This document shows positions 1-8,889 of a stretch of 64,000 bases of DNA, in pieces. The notes beneath the pieces are model-generated. The model was not told the DNA's origin, ran no database searches, and worked only from the letters and a program-made list of their open reading frames with translations. How positions within the stretch are numbered: the stretch's first letter is position 1; each line of letters begins with the position of its first letter. Made by a program: the position numbers and the translations under genes. Source of the stretch: Chthoniobacteraceae bacterium (GTDB lineage Bacteria > Verrucomicrobiota > Verrucomicrobiia > Chthoniobacterales > Chthoniobacteraceae); assembly GCA_031409335.1 (NCBI GenBank), contig JANNWY010000214.1, forward strand, positions 32,001 to 96,000. The letters run 5' to 3'.

Positions 1-1387
1 GGCCGCCGTGTTCGGCGAGTTCGATCGCGTGCATCCATGTCTCCCACATTTCGCGCAGCGTGGGATGATCGTGCGTGGCGTAGGTGGCGAGGGAAAGCGG
101 CTCGTAGTTTTCGCCGGGGATCATCGCGCCGTCGCCGTGCGTTTCCCATTGCGGCACTTTGAAGCCGGCGATGCCGAGTTCGTGCAAACACGGACGCACG
201 TACCCGGGGACCGCGCCGAGGTCTTCGCCGATGAGCCGGAATTCGCCGCACTCGGCGACGAGCGCGCGCAGCATTTCCGCTCCCTGTTTGCGATTCGCGG
301 CGCAGTGCGCGGGCGTGTCGTCGGCGTGCGCGACGAAGCGCGGAAGCTGCCCGCGCGTCCGCTCCTTCGCCTCGTCCTCGGTCAGCGGCAGAAATTCCGC
401 GTTGCGCTCAGGCCGCCACGGAAAGCCGTAGATGCGGAAGCAGCCGAGGATGTGGTCGATGCGAAAGAGGTGAAAAATGGCGCGCACTTTGCGCACGCGC
501 AGACGCCACCAGCGGTAGTCGCTTTTGCGCAGCACGCTCCAGCGGTAAAGCGGGATGCCCCAGTTCTGGCCCCATTTGTAGGTGAATTCATCGACCTTCA
601 GCAGCCGCTCGGGCGGGCAGCCGCCGCACCACTTGTGATCGAAAAGCTGCGGGTTCGCCCACACGTCGGCGGAGAAAAAACTGACGCCGAACGGAATGTC
701 GCCCATGAGCGCGATGCCGTGCCGCGCAGCGTCCTCGCGGATCGCGCGCCACTGCTCCCACGCGAGCCACTGGACGTATTTGCGAAATCGCACGCGCTTT
801 TCGAAGGCCCGGCGCTCCTTCACTGTTCGCGCGGCCAGCCAGCGCGCGGCGCGCTCGGGATCGCGATGATCTTCCGACCAGAGATTCCAATGCTCGGTGC
901 CGCCATTTTCCTCCATCAACACGCGGAACGTGGCGTAGTCGTCGAGCCACTCCGCTTCATCGCGGCAGAATTTTTGGAAACGCCGCGCACGCGCATCGCG
1001 CGCCTTCCACGAGCCGGCGACAAAGCTCTCGAATGCGCGTTCGAGCAGGCGCGTTTTGAGCGCCTTCACGGCGGGATAATTCACCGGGCCGGCCCGCAGC
1101 GCGCCGAGGTGCGCGATGTCACCCGCGGTCAAGTCCGGGACTGCGTCGGGCGTTAGTTCGAGCGTCGTGGGTTCGAGCGCGACCGCCGAAATCGCGTTGT
1201 AGGGCGAATGATCGCCGCCCGTTTCGTTGATCGGCAGCAATTGCACCATGCGGAATCCCGCCTCACGCGCCCATCCGAGAAACTCGCGCAACGCGCCGAT
1301 GTCGCCGATGCCCAGATCATGCGTGCCGCGCAGTGCGAAGAGTGGCGTGAGCACGCCCGCGATTTTGTGGTCGGGATTCAGCGTCAT
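1..1387 (-). CDS. malQ: 4-alpha-glucanotransferase (amylomaltase, GH77), 3' end outside the window
   Basis: Hand translation of the minus strand from ATG 1387 gives MTLNPDHKIAGVLTPLFALRGTHDLGIGDIG...VQLLPINE...SPYNAISAVALEP, then MGDIPFGVSFFSADVW, QNWGIPLYRW and FRIDHILG. Absent from the ORF track because no stop falls in the window. Confidence 0.93.
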   Translation of the reverse strand, partial: MTLNPDHKIAGVLTPLFALRGTHDLGIGDIGALREFLGWAREAGFRMVQLLPINETGGDHSPYNAISAVALEPTTLELTPDAVPDLTAGDIAHLGALRAGPVNYPAVKALKTRLLERAFESFVAGSWKARDARARRFQKFCRDEAEWLDDYATFRVLMEENGGTEHWNLWSEDHRDPERAARWLAARTVKERRAFEKRVRFRKYVQWLAWEQWRAIREDAARHGIALMGDIPFGVSFFSADVWANPQLFDHKWCGGCPPERLLKVDEFTYKWGQNWGIPLYRWSVLRKSDYRWWRLRVRKVRAIFHLFRIDHILGCFRIYGFPWRPERNAEFLPLTEDEAKERTRGQLPRFVAHADDTPAHCAANRKQGAEMLRALVAECGEFRLIGEDLGAVPGYVRPCLHELGIAGFKVPQWETHGDGAMIPGENYEPLSLATYATHDHPTLREMWETWMHAIELAEHGG

Positions 1388-1689
1388 TTTTTGCGCGCGA
1401 CGTGTACGGGGCGGCGAAAGCGACGGCAAGGGAAAGCGCGGGCAGGGTGGACGGTGGGAACTGCCAGCCAACGCCGCGACGGCGCTGGTCTGCGAGTGGC
1501 GTGTTCTGTCCAGCGCAGCGAACGCGCTGGTTAGCGCGAAGGCCGGGCTGGTTGGCGCGGGGAGCGATTTGGCTTACGGGGCGGGCCTGCTTGGTTGGGC
1601 GGCAGGCGTTTTAGCCTGCGATCGGATTGATCTGGCTTGCGGCGTGGGCGATTTGTTTGGCGGCGCGGGCGCTCTTGCCTGCGGGATCA

Positions 1690-1812
1690 GCGATCTTGTC
1701 AGCGGAGCCGGCGTTCTTGTCAGCGGAGCCGGCGTTCTTGTCTTCAGAGCCGGCGTTCTTGTCTTCGGAGCCGGCGATCTTGTCTTCGGAGCCGGCGTTC
1801 TTGTCTTCGGAG
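1690..1812. repeat. 21-bp tandem repeat, about 6 copies (gcg[t/a]tcttgtc[agc/ttc]ggagccg)
   Basis: Units start at 1690, 1711, 1732, 1753, 1774 and 1795 (partial). A degenerate 21-bp periodicity continues leftwards to about 1520. Confidence 0.92.
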
Positions 1813-2079
1813 TGAGTTGGCTGGTTGCCGAGGGCGGGCGCAGGTGGTGACGGGGGCGGCGTTGGTGGCGGGATTGGTTCTTTAGCCGCCGATGCAGCGA
1901 ACGCACCGACCGCCCGCCGTGTTCGAAGTCCTCCAGAAAGAGGGCGACGAGGGGGGTGAGCAGTCTGCGAAAAAGAGCGACCCGCTTGCGGTGATGAGAA
2001 TTTATCATGCTCCTGAATGACCAGGATACCTTCATGGACCAAAGGCGAAATCCGTGATGATACACGGGCAGTGAACTGC

Positions 2080-2180
2080 CAGCCCGGAGGGCTGATGGAA
2101 AGTAGCCGGGGGTCGAGCGAGGCACGAGCGACAACCCCCGGAACCAGCCCCACCAATCATGCACCCCGGAGACGGTGCGG
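2080..2180. repeat. REP-like palindromic element (IS200/RAYT-associated type)
   Basis: Three consecutive hairpins: cagccc-gga-gggctg, ccgggggtcg...cgacaacccccgg (preceded by GTAG), and gcacc...ggtgc. Confidence 0.6.
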
Positions 2181-2266
2181 GAAAATTGGCGAATGAATCG
2201 CTTCCGCAAATCCAACTTCTGCCCCATAGAATCCGACTACGAACAAAGCCGCCCACTCAGCAAACC

Positions 2267-4318
2267 ATGAAAGAAATCCCGGTCACAGCACAGCCCGACC
2301 ATCTGGCCGCCTACATGAAGGCAAGACCGGTGGCCGCTGTTGCTGAACTGATTTGGAACGCGCTGGATGCTGTCGCAACGAACGTGGCTGTCACCATCGA
2401 CCGGGACTCGCTGGGCAATCTCGCTGCGATTCATGTCGCCGATGATGGTGACGGGATACCGTTCGACGATGTGGAGGTCACCTTCGGGAATCTAGGTGGC
2501 TCTTGGAAGGGCGTTGGAAACCGACGGACTCGGCGGGAAGGGCGTAGCCTGCACGGGCGATATGGGCGTGGCCGCTTCCGCGCATTTGCACTCGGCACAA
2601 GTGTCGAGTGGCAGACGACGTTTCAAGATGCAGGCATCCTCAAGTCATACGGAATCTACGGTCGGAGCGGGACGATACAATCCTTCCGCGCGGACGACCC
2701 GAAACCGGCGCAGAACCAACAGACAGGCACCACCGTTCACATCAGCGGCATCGAACACGAGATGCGCTCGCTGGCACCGGAATACTGCGTTCCAAAACTG
2801 ACCGAAGAGTTCGCCCTCTACTTGAAGGAGTATCCAAACGTCAGAATCAGATTCGAGGGCCAGCCCGTTGACCCGGCGCTGGTCATTCAGCGGTCAGAGG
2901 AAATGACACTGCCGGACATCGTGATGCCAGATGGGCAGCCGGTGAAGGCAGAGCTGACGGTAATTGAATGGAGCTTTGTCCCAGACAAGCGTCGCCTTTA
3001 TTTCTGTGACCGCCGAGGAGTCGCTCTCTGCGACATTCAACCCGGCATTCAAGCTCCCGGCTATCAGTTCACGGCATATCTGAGGTCCGACTATCTCGCC
3101 GAATTGAATCGGCAGCAGCACGCGCTTGAACTCGGCGACTTGCACCCCGGAGTCCGGCTGCTGGTAGATGCCGCGAAGGAGCGGCTGAAGGATTACTTCC
3201 GTGCAAGGGCTGCGGAGGATGCGTCCATGCTGGTCAAGCAATGGAAGGAGGAAGCAATTTACCCTTACGAGGGCGAGGCGGTTAGCCCGGTCGAGCACAT
3301 CGAAAGGCAGGTATTCGATGTATGCGCCGCATCTGTGGCAGCACATCTGAAGACTTTTGAGGACTCCCCACCAGACAACAAGAGGTTCGTCTTTTCCCTG
3401 CTGCAACAAGCGGTGCGCGAAAACCCTGAATCGCTACGACATATCTTTCAGGAAGTGCTCAAGCTCCCGAAAGAGCAGCAGAAGGACCTGTCCGAACTAC
3501 TCAGGCGCACCACTCTCACGGCGGTGATTGTAGCAGCAAAGACCGTTGCAGACCGTCTGAACTTTATCGCGGGGTTAAAAGACCTCGTTTTTGGGAATAA
3601 CAAAGCGAGGTTGCAGGAGCGCAAACAACTTCACCGAATGTTGGCTGTAGAAACTTGGATATTCGGTGAGCAATATAACCTTTCCGTCGATGATCAGGGT
3701 CTTACCGCGGTCTTGGAAAAACACCGTACCGTTCTTCTGAAGGGGGACGTTTTGGATGATGAACCAGTTACGCTCGAAGATGGTTCCAGGGGCATAGTGG
3801 ATCTCATGCTGTCGCGCAAGATGGCCCATCTTGTAGGCCGCGACGTGGAGCATTTGGTGATCGAGCTTAAGCGTCCAACGCAAAAAATTACCCGGAAAGT
3901 TTTAGATCAAGTCGAAGACTATGCCCGTGCTGTAGCCACCGACGAGCGATTCCGGACCCAAGAGGATGTCCGCTGGACGTTCATCGCTTTGAGCAACGAC
4001 ATGGATGCTGCAGCCGAGTCGAGAGTGCGGCAGGCAGGACGTGACCCAGGGATCGCTTTTCAAAGTGAAGACAAACGGATTACGATCCGCGCGGTGACGT
4101 GGGCTCAAGTGTTTGCCGCAGCGGATGCACGGCTTGAGTTCTACAAGGAGAAGCTTCAGTATTCGCCCGATATCGAGACAGCCAGAGAGTATCTGGCCAA
4201 GACTCATGGCAAGTACCTCCCTTCAGCCGAGGTAGTGCAGAAGGAGGATGCGGCCCAAGCTGCGCCCAAAAAGAAGATGAAAGGGAGGAAATCCAAGAAA
4301 CCCAAAAAGCAGCCATGA
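2267..4318 (+). CDS. GHKL (MutL/MORC-like) ATPase fused to a C-terminal PD-(D/E)xK nuclease-like domain
   Basis: GHKL motifs ELIWNALDA, DDGDG and GRYGRGRF, plus GTTVHI. C-terminal IVDLMLSR...HLVIELKRP. Start taken at ATG 2267. Confidence 0.85.
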   Translation: MKEIPVTAQPDHLAAYMKARPVAAVAELIWNALDAVATNVAVTIDRDSLGNLAAIHVADDGDGIPFDDVEVTFGNLGGSWKGVGNRRTRREGRSLHGRYGRGRFRAFALGTSVEWQTTFQDAGILKSYGIYGRSGTIQSFRADDPKPAQNQQTGTTVHISGIEHEMRSLAPEYCVPKLTEEFALYLKEYPNVRIRFEGQPVDPALVIQRSEEMTLPDIVMPDGQPVKAELTVIEWSFVPDKRRLYFCDRRGVALCDIQPGIQAPGYQFTAYLRSDYLAELNRQQHALELGDLHPGVRLLVDAAKERLKDYFRARAAEDASMLVKQWKEEAIYPYEGEAVSPVEHIERQVFDVCAASVAAHLKTFEDSPPDNKRFVFSLLQQAVRENPESLRHIFQEVLKLPKEQQKDLSELLRRTTLTAVIVAAKTVADRLNFIAGLKDLVFGNNKARLQERKQLHRMLAVETWIFGEQYNLSVDDQGLTAVLEKHRTVLLKGDVLDDEPVTLEDGSRGIVDLMLSRKMAHLVGRDVEHLVIELKRPTQKITRKVLDQVEDYARAVATDERFRTQEDVRWTFIALSNDMDAAAESRVRQAGRDPGIAFQSEDKRITIRAVTWAQVFAAADARLEFYKEKLQYSPDIETAREYLAKTHGKYLPSAEVVQKEDAAQAAPKKKMKGRKSKKPKKQP

Positions 4319-5225
4319 CCATCCCACAGCCCTTCCAATACCAAGGCAGCAAGCGGGCGCTCGCGCCGCTGATTCTGCCTTACTTGCCGATGAAGTTCCG
4401 GCGGCTGGTGGAGCCGTTTGCGGGGTCGGGGGCGATGTCGCTGGCTTGTGCGGCGCGGGGGCGGGCGGAGCGGTTTTGGCTCAATGATTTGAACCAGCCG
4501 CTGGCGGAGTTGCTGAATCTCATGGTGAACCGGCCCGAGGATTTGGCGGATGCTTACGCGGAGCTTTGGCGCGGCGAGGCGGTGGATGCGCTGGAGCATT
4601 TCTACTCAGTGCGGGAGCGGTTCAATCGCACGCAGGAGCCGCAGCTTTTTCTCTATCTGCTGGCACGGTGCATCAAGGGTGCGGTGCGCTACAACAGCGA
4701 GGGGTTGTTCAATCAAAGCCCGGACAAGCGGCGGCTCGGCACGCGCCCGGAGACGATGCGGCAGAACATCATGACGGTGTCCATGCTGCTGCGCGGACGG
4801 ACGGTGGTGACGGCGCATGACTTCCGCGATGTGCTCGCAGCGGCGGAGGCGGATGATGTGATTTACATGGACCCGCCGTATCAGGGCACGTCGGGCGAGC
4901 GGGACTCGCGCTATCTCGCGGGGCTGTCGTTCGATGATTTCGTGACGGCACTGGATGAACTCAACTCGCGCGGCCTGCGCTATGTCATCAGCTACGACGG
5001 GCGCACGGACGCACGGGCGACAAGTCGTATGGCGAGCCGCTGCCGCGATATTTGAAACTGCAGCACATCGAAGTGGAGGCTGGCCGCTCCACGCAGGCGA
5101 CGTTGCTCGGACGCGATGAGGCGACGGTGGAATCGCTCTACCTCTCGCCCGCACTCGCCACGGATGCAGGCACGCTGCCGCGCCGGGTGCATCGTCGAGC
5201 CGCCGAACAGCCATCGCTTTTCTGA
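4315..5225 (+). pseudogene. Dam-like (D12 class) N6-adenine DNA methyltransferase, frameshifted
   Basis: YQGSK, EPFAGSG and YMDPPY motifs. An 8-bp near-tandem duplication (gcgcacgg/acgcacgg, 5001-5016) shifts the frame. Removing it restores SYDGRTGDKSYGEPLP...GRSTQATLLGRDEATVESLYLSPAL...SLF with TGA at 5223-5225. Confidence 0.85.
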
Positions 5226-5228
5226 GCC

Positions 5229-5954
5229 GTGCCGAAGCCGCCGCAGTATCCCGAAGCCTTTCTCGCGCTCTGCCGCTCGGTGACTGCCAAGCGTCCCAAG
5301 ACGGTCATCGAGCACATTCTCCAGCACGGCTAAATCACGACGGAGGAACTCAAGAACCGCTACGGCTACAATCACCCGCCGCGCGCCGCACGCGACGTGA
5401 AGGAGCACGGCATCCCCATCGAGCGCGTGACTGTGACCGGCTCGGATGGGCGGAAAATTGCCGCGTATCGTTTCGGCGACCCGACGGCGGTGAAGGTGCG
5501 GCGCTTCGACGGACGCACGGGCCTGTCGAAGCAAATCAAAGACGCGCTCATCGCGAAGTATGGCTGCCGGTGCTTCATCTATTTGGAGGAGATGCCGGAA
5601 GCGTCGCTGCAAATAGACCATCGCGTGCCGTTCGAAGTCGGCGGCGAATCGGAAGCAATGGCCCCGGAGGAATTCATGCTGCTCTGCGGCTCGGCGAACC
5701 GCGCGAAAAGCTGGTCGTGCGAGCACTGCGAGAATTGGCGGAACCTCAAGCAGCGCGAGATTTGTCTGACCTGCTACTGGGCGTATCCCGAGAACCACAC
5801 GCACGTCGCCATGCAGCAACTCCGCCGCGTGGACCTCATCTGGCAGGGCGCGGACACCGCGCAATACGAGCGGCTGAAAGCGGACGCCGCGAGCGCAGGC
5901 ATGGAGATTCCCGACTTCGTGAAGGACGTGCTGCGGAAGGCGCTTCGCGAATAG
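5229..5954 (+). pseudogene. HNH-family type II restriction endonuclease (SphI-like) with a premature stop
   Basis: GTG 5229 is in frame with the track ORF 5397..5954. In-frame TAA at 5331-5333 lies in HILQHG*ITTEELK. Motifs GYNHPPRAARD, LQIDHRVPF, NRAKSWSCEHC and CYWAYPENHTHV resemble R.SphI as I recall it. Confidence 0.8.
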
Positions 5955-6571
5955 CGCGGACGTCCGCGCTCATGCCGCGAATCGCGCGGTTCGAGCAAAG
6001 CGCCATCGCGACCAACTCATCGTCGCCCTCCGGCTGCACGTTGACGACCCAGTAGGCATCGAGCAGCCCGGTCCCTGCCGGCACATCGTAAGTGACCGTG
6101 TCCGACTTCAGCCACTGCCCATCCTTGCGGCAATATCCACACGAGCGACCGTCACACGATCGCCGCCGCGCCTGCGTTTGGATTGCAAGCGGTGACGCTT
6201 TGAGGATCGGAGGAGGCGCGGTTACTTCCAGCCCGGTTGCCGGAGAGCGCGTGTCAAAAGGAACTCCGCGCGCCGTGCGTCCACCGGATGCGGGTGCTGC
6301 AAGTTGCGTGGATTGATGCGGTCGGTGTGCGGCTGGGCAAAGGAGCGCTTCGCGGAAAAGCAATGGGGGAAAATCCACATGGTCAGGCGCGTGCGGTTCT
6401 GCTTCACTCCGAGCGAGATGAAAATCCTCGCCGTTCACGGACTTGGCTATTGGACGGCTGAGTTCAGTTTGAAATGAAGTATTCCACCTCCAACACGCGG
6501 TTGAATCTGTGCTCGTTCAAGCGGCGCGGTTGCCACGCAGTCGGCACCAGGCCATCCGAACCTCTCAAGCA

Positions 6572-7543
6572 ATGATCCAGATTCACTGTCAGCTTTTCAT
6601 CGCGCTTTTCGCCACGCTGTTCACCGGCTGCGCCGGGATCAATCAAGCCAACCAGCTCGGCAATCCGCTCGCGCCGCCGAGCCCGATCGCGAAGAGCGTG
6701 GTGGCGAAGTGGGAGAAGGAACTCGCGGAGACGGACATCACCGCGATCGCGACGCGGCGCGAGCGCAACGATCTCGTGTATCGGCTGATTTTCATGAGCG
6801 ACTACCGCTTTCAACGCTACGAAGCGGACCTGGTGCTCGGCAGGGCGACGCGCGATAGCTTCGTCGATCTGTCGATGTTTGGCATCAATGCGGCATCCAC
6901 GCTGATGACGCAGGGCGCTTCGACAAAGATGCTTTCGGCGATCGCGGGCGGACTCGGGTTTTCGCGCGCGACGATCGAGAAAAACTTTTACATGAACCAC
7001 GCCGCGCCCGTGCTGATGGGAAAGATGCGCGCGCTGCGCGCGGAGAAGAAGAATGAGATCGTCAAAAATCTTTCGCGAGGGATCGACTCGTATCCGGCGA
7101 GTCTCGCGATCATCGACGTGCTCGATTACTACAATCGCGGGACGATGCTCGGCGCGCTCCAGGCGATCTCGAATGACACGGCGACGCAGGCGATTCGCGC
7201 GGAAGGTGGACGGGTGACGGAGCCGGAGAAAGCACCGGCGGTTTCCGCGCAAATCAGAGCCGGCACGATCGCGGCGCAGACGGGAAACCGCGAGCCCGCC
7301 GTCACCCGCATGAGCATCGGGGCGCGCAAAAAACGCCCGGCAAAAGTCGCCCCGCCCGTGATCGCCGAGCCGGTCGAAACCGTGGAGGCGAAGCCTGCGG
7401 CGGGCACGCCGATCCCGAAGACTGCGCCGCCGGTGATCGACGAACCCATCGAAAGTATCACTGGCAAGCCCGCGCCGAAGACGACGATCCCCAAAACTGC
7501 GCCGCCGATGGTGAAGGAAAAAAGCGCCGCCGAACCGCTCTAA
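6572..7543 (+). CDS. Hypothetical lipoprotein with a Pro/Lys-rich repeated C-terminal tail
   Basis: Signal peptide with lipobox LFTG-C, a helical core, and a roughly 25-aa repeat (KxAPPVIxEPxE...IP) in about 2.3 copies at 7343-7510. Confidence 0.75.
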   Translation: MIQIHCQLFIALFATLFTGCAGINQANQLGNPLAPPSPIAKSVVAKWEKELAETDITAIATRRERNDLVYRLIFMSDYRFQRYEADLVLGRATRDSFVDLSMFGINAASTLMTQGASTKMLSAIAGGLGFSRATIEKNFYMNHAAPVLMGKMRALRAEKKNEIVKNLSRGIDSYPASLAIIDVLDYYNRGTMLGALQAISNDTATQAIRAEGGRVTEPEKAPAVSAQIRAGTIAAQTGNREPAVTRMSIGARKKRPAKVAPPVIAEPVETVEAKPAAGTPIPKTAPPVIDEPIESITGKPAPKTTIPKTAPPMVKEKSAAEPL

Positions 7544-7549
7544 CGCAAT

Positions 7550-8866
7550 ATGAAAACCAAGCTCAAGAGCGCTCCGAAGGCCATCACGCTCGACGAACTC
7601 GACGCTGGCATCGCGCGCAATGAGGCAGACGGATACGAACTGATCTCGATCAGCAAAGGCACGGTCGCGGGCGATGAAATGAACGTGCTGACCTTCAGCG
7701 AACGCACCAGCGAGCTGATCGGCGACGTGGAACTTTTCCGCGCGAAAGCGAACGCGGGCGAGGACGACATTAACGAGCTTTTCGAGGAGCTTTCGGACAA
7801 AGGTTACTCGTTCATCTGCTATGCGGACGTGTTCATCGAAGGCAGCCCGGTTCCGCTCATTGCCGCGCGAAAAGGCGGCGTCCCGCTCGGCGCGAATCAC
7901 CTCGTCTTGCAGGGCCGCATGTCCACATTTGGCGGTCCCGCTGACGATGGCATGACCGAAACGGAAGATCTGGCACTCGTCGAAAAACAGCACCAGGCCG
8001 ACGACTATCCAGCCGATTTTTTTCTCTCCGAATCCGCCGCCCGAGCCAGCGGATGGGGCCGCCGGCTCAATCCCGACAAATTCTACATCGCCTGCCGCTG
8101 GGACTATTCGCTGACGCCAAAAGCATTTCTGCGCACCGCGCAAGTCACCGTGCAAGACCCGACCAATGGCCGGTCCGCGCAGGCGCGCGTGGTCGATTGG
8201 GGACCGCACGAGCGCACGGGACGCATCGCCGACATCTCGCCGGGACTCGCGCGTTTTCTCGAGATCAACACGGACGACATCGTGAACGTGATCGTTCCCA
8301 CGCCCGCCGGCCTCACCGCGTCCGCCGTCACCGTTTCGCCGACCTCCGCCGACGCCCCGCGCTGGTTCGATGTGCCGGAACTCAACCGCTTCTTCGGCAA
8401 ATTCGACTTCCGCTCACTGCGCGATGGTTCGATCCAAATCCTCGGCTCATGGGAGCGCGACAACATCGTCACATTCGATGTGCCGACGCTCAAAGGGATC
8501 GACAGTTACGGTGGAAAATTCAGCGGCAAGGTGCGCATCCACCGGCTGATGGCGAAGGCATTCGCGGGCGCATTCGCCGAGATCGGCGCGAAGCCGAAGC
8601 TGCGCGAGAAACTGCTCTTCTGGTCCGGCGGATTCGTGCCGCGCCACATCGCGCGGAATCCGAGCCGCTCGCTGAGTCCGCACAGTTGGGGCACGGCTTT
8701 CGACATCAACGACGAGTGGAACGGCTGGGGCACCGCGGGCGCGCCGAAAGGAAAGTACGGCAGCGTGGTGGAACTGATCCCGGTCTTTGAAAAATGGGGG
8801 TTCTACTGGGGCGGAAATTTTTCCAAACGCGACCCGATGCATTTTCAGTATGGCCGTCCGTCGTGA
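7550..8866 (+). CDS. Peptidoglycan hydrolase: RlpA-like double-psi beta-barrel plus C-terminal M15 metallopeptidase
   Basis: ARVVDWGP...RIADISPG (DPBB). SPHSWGTAFDIN and GFYWGGNF...DPMHFQY (M15 Zn ligands). Confidence 0.85.
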   Translation: MKTKLKSAPKAITLDELDAGIARNEADGYELISISKGTVAGDEMNVLTFSERTSELIGDVELFRAKANAGEDDINELFEELSDKGYSFICYADVFIEGSPVPLIAARKGGVPLGANHLVLQGRMSTFGGPADDGMTETEDLALVEKQHQADDYPADFFLSESAARASGWGRRLNPDKFYIACRWDYSLTPKAFLRTAQVTVQDPTNGRSAQARVVDWGPHERTGRIADISPGLARFLEINTDDIVNVIVPTPAGLTASAVTVSPTSADAPRWFDVPELNRFFGKFDFRSLRDGSIQILGSWERDNIVTFDVPTLKGIDSYGGKFSGKVRIHRLMAKAFAGAFAEIGAKPKLREKLLFWSGGFVPRHIARNPSRSLSPHSWGTAFDINDEWNGWGTAGAPKGKYGSVVELIPVFEKWGFYWGGNFSKRDPMHFQYGRPS

Positions 8867-8889
8867 TCCGACCGGGAAACCGACTCGCG

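Noticed and set aside
8..1156. 382-aa plus-strand ORF and other long antisense ORFs (e.g. 6464..8209, 21607..23805, 33320..35047, 41755..44076, 48596..50431, 60142..61968, 61984..63795)
   Set aside because: Shadow frames of recognisable genes on the opposite strand, expected in high-GC DNA; no motifs.
1690..1812. Possible CRISPR array
   Set aside because: Contiguous tandem units without unique spacers, and no cas genes in the window.
5955..6500. Minus-strand protein-like fragments (YCRKDGQWLKSDTVTYDVPAGTGLLDAYWVVNVQP)
   Set aside because: May be a decayed gene, but there is no coherent start, stop or recognisable family.
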